Assembly: GCA_002269645.1 (NCBI GenBank) | Contig: NIVC01000661.1 | Span: 425,118-489,117 of the forward strand | Origin: Macrostomum lignano | Lineage: Eukaryota | DNA: 64,000 nt | Direction of reading: 5' to 3' | Shown: in pieces, positions 57,490-64,000 of the stretch | Numbering within the stretch: the stretch's first letter is position 1 | Layout of the letters: every line of letters begins with the position of its first letter | Notes under the pieces: model-generated | Databases searched by the model: none | What the model was told of the DNA's origin: nothing | Seen by the model: the letters and a program-made list of their open reading frames with translations, nothing else | Made by a program: the position numbers and the translations under genes

Positions 57490-58740
57490 TATCAACGAGG
57501 TGGCGCAGGTGGCTGTGCCGATGGCGCTGACGCTCGAGGACATCCGCAAGAGCTCTGCCAGCGACCCAGTCATCCGGGTGGCGATAGCGGCGACGCAAGG
57601 CGGCCGGTGGGATCACTCCAACGCAGAGATACGTTCGCTCCACGCGCTGCGAGAGGAGCTGTCTGTGGCGGACGGGGTCCTCCTTCGGCACCAGTGAATC
57701 GTCGTGCCAGCTGAGCTGCGGCAGCAGATGCTCGAACTGGCACACCAAGGGCAACAGTGCTCGCAGAAGACGATCGCGAGGCTCGCCACAAAGGTCTGGT
57801 GGCCGAGAATGGCAACTTAATAGGAGGAGTTCGTCAGTCGATGCCGCAGCTGCGCCGCACACACCACCGTCCGGGCCACGCCTCTGCGGGCGCCTGGCTG
57901 TCGATCGGCGCCGATTTCGTGGGACCGCTACTCGAAGTTCCCGGTGGTGCAGCTCATGCAGACGACGACGGCTGAGGCATTGATTCTCCGCCTACGAGAG
58001 ATGTTCGCTTGCTTCGGGATCCTGCAGGAGCTCGTGACAGACAATGGACCGCCCTTCTCGTCCAAGGATTCGGCCGGTTCCTGGCGAGCTACGCGATCAA
58101 GCATTGCCTCATCACGCCCTACTACCTAGCGGCCAACGGCATGAAGGAGCGGCTGAACCGCTCCATCAACAAAGTCGTGCGCGCAGCCATCGAGGAGCGG
58201 CGAGACTGGAGGGCTGCTCTGGACGAGTGGCTGCTGGCCTACAGGAACACGCCGCACACGGCTACCGGGCGCGCACCAGCCGAGCTGCTAATGGGCCGGC
58301 GGCCAAATGACGTCATTCCCGCCGCCCGGCCCTCCAAGCGAGTCCGCATCGACGAGCAGCGGCTAAGAGACGCGGACGCCGGCGCCAAGGCGGCGATGAA
58401 GCAGCACGCGGACGCAAAAAGGCGACCACGGCGGCACAACGTCCAGGTCGGCGACTCGGTGCTACGACGGCGGGTCGGTGCCAGCAAGACGCAGACGCCG
58501 TTCTAGAACGCTGCCTGGGCGGTCCAGCGGGTGGCCGGCAACTCGCTGCTGCTACGCCGGGATGGCACAACCCGCTGGCGGCAGCCCCGACTTGGTCGAC
58601 GCCATCGCCCAGCCGCAAACCGCTGCACTAAGAGCTCCAGGCGAGGCCAACCGAGACCCACCCGTCTCCCTGCTGGCGCTGCGCCCGCACCCGCGCTGCT
58701 CGGAGCGGCGTGAAAATCTACAAGGACTGAATTTTTTATC
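57490..58740 (+). mobile_element. Degenerate Ty3/Gypsy pol fragment (integrase zinc-binding domain and core)
   Basis: LELAHQG...VWWP...CRSC; GADFVGP; LVTDNGPPFSS; NGMKERLNR; LLAYRNTPHTATGRAPAELLMGR; several stops and frameshifts. Confidence 0.92.
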
Positions 58741-58878
58741 CAGTGACTGAAATTAACTGACTCTTGTTATGTCTTCTGCTCCGACTTGGAGCTGCTACAT
58801 TTAAGTAAGAAGGCAATGGCCTTAAGCGGTTCGAGCAATCGTATTGCTCCGGTTGATATAAACTCCTCTTGGGATTCA

Positions 58879-58980
58879 TGTTGTAACTACTTTATTATAA
58901 AATAATAGGTTGTGCCCTAGACAACAAAACATTGGGCTGGGGCACACTCTGTGTCTTCTCTGTTAATATACGGGACAACA
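58879..58980 (-). repeat. Short (102-bp) 3' LTR of the minus-strand Gypsy element
   Basis: Termini TGTTGT...ACAACA, an internal AATAAA, and polypurine tract AAAAGGGGGAA immediately 5' on the minus strand (58981-58991). Confidence 0.8.
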
Positions 58981-61900
58981 TTCCCCCTTTTGTCAATAAA
59001 AAGTTGGTTGCATTGTCAGTCATCCGGAATTATTCACTGTATTGCAACCGATCCGGTTTTCTCAATTTGCTTCGATCCCTCAGTAACCTTGTGCCCACGC
59101 CTTCTGCTCCAGGGTCAGCGTCATCCTGGTCTGTGTCCGCTGCCTGAGCTTCTCCTCGGCTTGGCACGTCTTGGACCGGTTGAGTTGATTCACTCTCTCG
59201 CCGCTCTTTCTCGGTGGTAGTTTTGTCGCTCTAAACCCTCCTAGGATCCTTCAGAATAGGCGGTAGATGATGAGCCTCCGGCTTGTTCTGTCCAGGTAAT
59301 TCTGCACTGACAATTTGGTCGACGTGTCGCTTCCAGACTTGTCCGTTAACCAACAATCTATAGGACAGCGGTCCTGTGCGGGCGATCACCTTGGCAGAAA
59401 TCCACCTATTCTCTCGCTCCATTCTGAAGTCCAACGTCAGAACTGAGTCTCCTTGAAATCCTCGAATAGTTGATCCTCTCTCTACTTGTCGTTCAGTGAC
59501 ATCCGTCTGCTTGTTCAACACTCTTGAGTAAGCATCCGGCTTGAGAAAATCCAACCGTGTCCTGCGACTGTAGCATAACATCATCTCTGCTGGTGTTCTA
59601 CCGGTTGTTGAATGAGGTGTGCTGCGGTAGCGGAACGAGAAAGTTCTGCATGCTCAAGATTGGATCACCGTGAGTCTTAATTCCTGCTTTGATAGCAGAA
59701 TTTGCTATTTGCACCATTCTTTCACTAAGTCCGTTGGTACGCGGATGTCCAACAGCTGTCAAAATCTGTCGGATGTTATTCCGCTCTAAGAAAGTACGGA
59801 ACTCAGCTGAGAAGAATTGGCTACCATTGTCACTCGACACTTGCTGTGGGATGCCAAATCGTGCGAACGTTTCTCGTAGACATTCTATCGTCCTGTTGGT
59901 AGTTGCGTGCTTCATGGGAAGGATCTCAATCCATTTACTTGTTGCATCGACTATAACAAGCCAGTAGTATCCATGGAATGGTCCCATGTAGTGCAGTTGA
60001 ATTCGAGTCCAAGGCCTTTCTGGCCAGACAAGAGGCTGAACTGGTGCTTGTGCAGGCAAATCCCTTTGCAGCTGACAGCCGTCACAACTATGGACTAGGG
60101 CTTCTATAGCCTTGTCGATTCCTGGGAACCATACATGCAGTCTAGCTATGGATTTCATTGCAACAATTCCTGGATGTCCATCGTAAAGCAGTTCTAACAC
60201 AATCTGTTGTAAGCTACTTGGAATAATGACTCGTACTCCCCAAAACAGCACACCTTGCTCAATGCAAAACTCGTTCCGCTTCCTGAAGAACTGTTCCAGC
60301 TCTTGCTCACAGGTCTCTGGCCAACCATTTTGACAGTATCGAACAACTCTCTGAAGCTGTGAATCTTTCTGTGTCTCGGTTCGTATTGTTTCTGCATTCA
60401 CTGGTAGCATTTCTAGCCTGACCTCCAAGACACGATCAACCTTGCTGATATTACCAGGTACTGGGAGACGTGAAAGTGCGTCAGCATTAGAATGATCCTC
60501 TGTTCTTCTGAATTTGATGGTATACTGATGGGCAGAAAGCAACACGGCCCAGCGCTGAAGTCGGGTTGCTGCTATGCTCGGAATGTCCTTCTTGTCTCCA
60601 AAAAAGGTCAGTAGGAGTTTATGGTCAGTCACCAGTATAAAATGATGTCCAAAAAGATGATGGTGAAATCTTTTAACTCCGAAGACGATGGCCAGCGCTT
60701 CTTTCTCTAGTTGAGAGTAGTTGATCTCAGGTTTTGTTAGAGTCCTCGAAGCAAACGCTACAGGCCTTTCCTCGCCATTCGGCATCAAATGTGAGATGAC
60801 ACACCCGATTCCATATTTAGAGGAATCCGTTTGCAACACAAGCTGCTTCTTAGGATCAAAATGAGCCAGAACACGCTCAGAAGTTAGAGTTGACTTCACT
60901 TTCTCGAATGCTGCCGAACACGCCTCACTCCAATGAAACTCTGCGTCTTTGTGCAACAGTCTGTTGAGAGGTACCAGTATTGACGATAGGTTTGGAATAA
61001 ACTTTCCATAATAGCTGATCATTCCTATCAAGGAACAAACCTCTGACACGTTAGTTGGTGTTGGAGCTTCATGAAATGCCTGAACTTTCTCTTTCGAGGG
61101 ATGGATTACCGATTCGTCGATAACGTAGCCTAAAAATTCAATTCAGTTTAGACGAAATTCACACTTTTTCCTATTCAAATGCACACCGTGAGCTAAAAGA
61201 CGTTTTAATACAGCTTCCAGCCTTTGTCATGGTCTTCCAAACAACTGCCGGGTACAAGAATGTCGTCTATATAGACAACTACTTCCAAGCCTTGTAAACT
61301 TTTCTCCATCGCTTCTTGAAATTGCGCAGGAGCTGATGCCAGACCCATTGTTAGTCGCTCGTATTGGAACCAATCCAAATGTGTGTTAATTGTAGCAAAC
61401 TTTTTGCACGAATCCTCCAGTTTCAGTTGTAAAAACGCTTGCGAAATATCCAATTTTGAGAAGACTCTTCCACCATTCAGAGTTGCGAAAATTTCTTCCG
61501 GTCTCGGCAGAGGGTACTTGTCAACCTCCAATTGGGGATTAACGGTTCTCTTAAAATCAACGCAAATCCTTACGGATTTTCCATCGCGCTTCAAAACTGG
61601 GACAATCGGAGATGCAAAGTCTGATGCGCTCACTTTACTGATTATGCCTTGAGCTTCCAAATTCGCCAGCTCCTCTTCAATGAGGCCTTTGATCGCAAAT
61701 GGCACCGGTCGACTCTTGCAAAACTTTGGAATGTAGTTTTCTTTCAACAGTATTCTGGCCTTTAACCCTTTGATAGTGCCAGGTTTTTCAGCAAACACTT
61801 GATCATACTTCTTCATAAACCGCTCGATAGGTGGAACCAACGTTGTTGTTTCCACATGGGCAAACTTGCTCCAGTCAAGTTTCAACGAAGAGAGCCAGTC

Positions 61901-62060
61901 TCGACCTAGAAGATTCACTCTGTCTCCCTTCACAACAAGCGCAGTCAGTTGATACTGTCTTTCCTGATAGTTAGTTACGGTAACAGCAGCTTCGCCCAGA
62001 ACTGGTATGAGATGATCTGTGTAGCTTGACAGTCTAACATTAGATTTAGACCAGCTTAAG
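58879..62060 (-). mobile_element. Ty3/Gypsy LTR retrotransposon, 5'-truncated and pseudogenised (partial protease, RT, RNase H, integrase, PPT, 3' LTR)
   Basis: NLLGRDWL; ASPIVPVLK..VRICVDFK..VN; FSKLDISQAFLQ; YIDD; LQTDSSKYGIG; NYSQLEKEALAI; SDNGSQF; NGLSERMV. Frameshift near 61225, a stop near 61145 and a second frameshift near 59620. Confidence 0.95.
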
Positions 62061-63425
62061 CCAATTTTCTTGCCAGTACTTTCGGCCGAGTGGCAGCCGG
62101 GGTTGGCGCAGCACAGGTTGGCCGGGCAAGTCGCTGATGTTGGCGAATTTCTTGTACACCCCGCCAGCTTACCGGAGCGCGGGGCGGCCCGCGGCAGGCC
62201 GTCCAGCCGGAGCAGCTGCGGGGTCGGCAAAGCGCAGGCGTCGACGCCATCGCCAGCGATGCCGGCAGCGGAATTTGCCGGCACTTCGACTGTGGTTTCC
62301 ATGGGAACCACTATGATTGTTGCCGTTGCTAGGGCAACTGTCAGAGCCAGCAGAGGTCTATTAGATAATAAGGACGGCATCGGACAATCGATATGCCTGA
62401 ATGACTGGCTGCGGATGTATTCGGGTTTTGTGCATTCAAATTTGATCTCGGTTTGTTTTACTGTGTTATCATATAATCCAGTTTCCAACAGTCTGTCAGT
62501 GGGATCAAAGTGCACTCTCATTGTATTGCTATTTACTCATAACTATCCAAAACCTTAGACATATGATTGAAGGAATGCATCTGACCCTTGTGCTGCAAAC
62601 CCACAATATAATTCCATGCACAGAAACATTAATCTGCAGTTTGTTGTGATGATTCATGGAAGCCAACCCCCGAGGCACAGAGAGCATGTGCATGCCTCAC
62701 AATTAGAAAGTGTGTGCTTGCATACAGTATTGGCACACTTGGATGTGCCAAGCAGTCAGTGGAATGGGCAGAATGGCCTTACTACTAGGTTGCAGGAAAA
62801 ATTTGCCAATAGTGCTATGTTAGGACTACTCAAAGCATTCCACTAAATGATGATCACTTAAAACTCGTGTGCACATTTTATTGGAGGCCTGTGCATGGCC
62901 AACAGGGGCTGGACGACGCAACACTCTCAACTCGTTCTGCTGATTTTTGTTGTAAAATGCATTCTCAATTCATGTAGGAAGTTTTCTGTTTTTTTTCAGC
63001 ACAAATTCGCAATATCCCACCTTAGGACTTTCGAATTATGCTGGGTGCACCAACCAAATCCGCAAAACAGCGATCCTATTTTTAATGGTTAAATTGTAAC
63101 TGTGGCAAACCTTTGATAAGACCCGATAGGTAATCTAATTAAGCATGATTATCATAAATTTGAGCCATTTCGTTTTGCACAACTTTCGGCAAAACTGGTC
63201 CAGAGATAATCTCCCGAGTATTGGGAAAAAGTTTGGCCTCTTTTTTGTGTGTGGCTTGTGTGCACTAGTATCACTTTTCATCGACTCTTTAGTTTCGTGT
63301 ACTTCATGCAGTGTACACCGCCCTTCTGTGTACATTGGCGTCTCGATATTATATATTGGCTTGATTACCCAGACTCTGGGTGTAAGAGTTTTCGTTCCTA
63401 GAAACGACTTGGCATTATCATAATA

Positions 63426-63615
63426 TGGCGTCGCAATTCTAAACTACCCATCCAGTCTGGCAAGCATGGAAGGATTGAGGCCGCCAGAGCCCATGGCTTT
63501 TGACACCAATAGGGCGGACAACTGGAGAAGGTGGATCAAATCGTTCGATTTTTATATGAAAGCTACGAAGAGAACTGAAGAAAACAACGATGTGAAGATC
63601 GCCATTCTGCTAACC
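63426..63615 (+). mobile_element. Ty3/Gypsy gag 5' end, interrupted by another element
   Basis: PBS-like TGGCGTCGC, then MEGLRPPEPMAFDTNRADNWRRWIKSFDFYMKAT...KIAILLT, a typical Gypsy gag N-terminus. Confidence 0.75.
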
Positions 63616-64000
63616 TGTGGTATATGCGCATATAAAGTATATTTCATTTCACACACATTGGCCATAGACACTGCCCCTGTTAACCCTGCGTTCTAAAGCT
63701 AATATAAGGAGAGCAAATATAAAGAAAATGAAGGTCAACATCGGCATGGCAAGAGCCCGCTACCAAGCTTGAGATTACTAACCATAATTCACCTGGACTT
63801 CGAGTTTGGTAACGGAAGTCGGATGTAACATTGGCGACGAGGATTCTTTAGAAGAAGACAAAACGACCGCGCCAAATACTGCTTCGAAAATCAGCACATC
63901 TGATCCGGCACGGCCTGAAAGGTGGACTGTATACGAGGAGCGTCTGGAACAATACTTCATCGCTAAATCCATCACCAAAGAGGAGATTAAGCGAGCCGAG
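63616..64000 (+). mobile_element. Second Gypsy 5' end: 215-bp LTR (63616-63830), PBS, start of gag (runs off the window)
   Basis: TGTGGTATA...ATGTAACA followed by TGGCGACGAG (63832), then RWTVYEERLEQYFIAKSITKEEIKRA. Confidence 0.78.

Overview
Eukaryotic genomic DNA with GC-rich exons, AT-rich intergenic DNA and introns packed with minisatellites. This style fits a free-living flatworm such as Macrostomum; the species is my inference. Five spliced genes all lie on the minus strand. From right to left they are KLHL8-like (48105-52074), an unnamed gene with an N-terminal (GGFGNG)14 region and a degenerate RecQ-like region (41206-46285), DCAF10-like (37239-39916), WDR53-like (30374-32774) and LARP1 (4191-20664). 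Exons were assembled by hand from GT-AG sites and reading-frame phase. Mobile DNA includes a CORE-type tRNA-SINE, two LINE 3' fragments, a Crypton-like tyrosine-recombinase relic, a PHD-FLYWCH-MULE transposon with two adjacent Mutator-type MITEs, a probable hAT MITE and a nest of four Ty3/Gypsy pieces at 57.5-64 kb. The most interesting lead is the unnamed gene. Its first coding exon starts in frame at a splice acceptor with no ATG for 222 codons, which would be explained if the AUG ending the flatworm spliced leader supplies its start. The co-oriented cluster may also be a trans-spliced operon.
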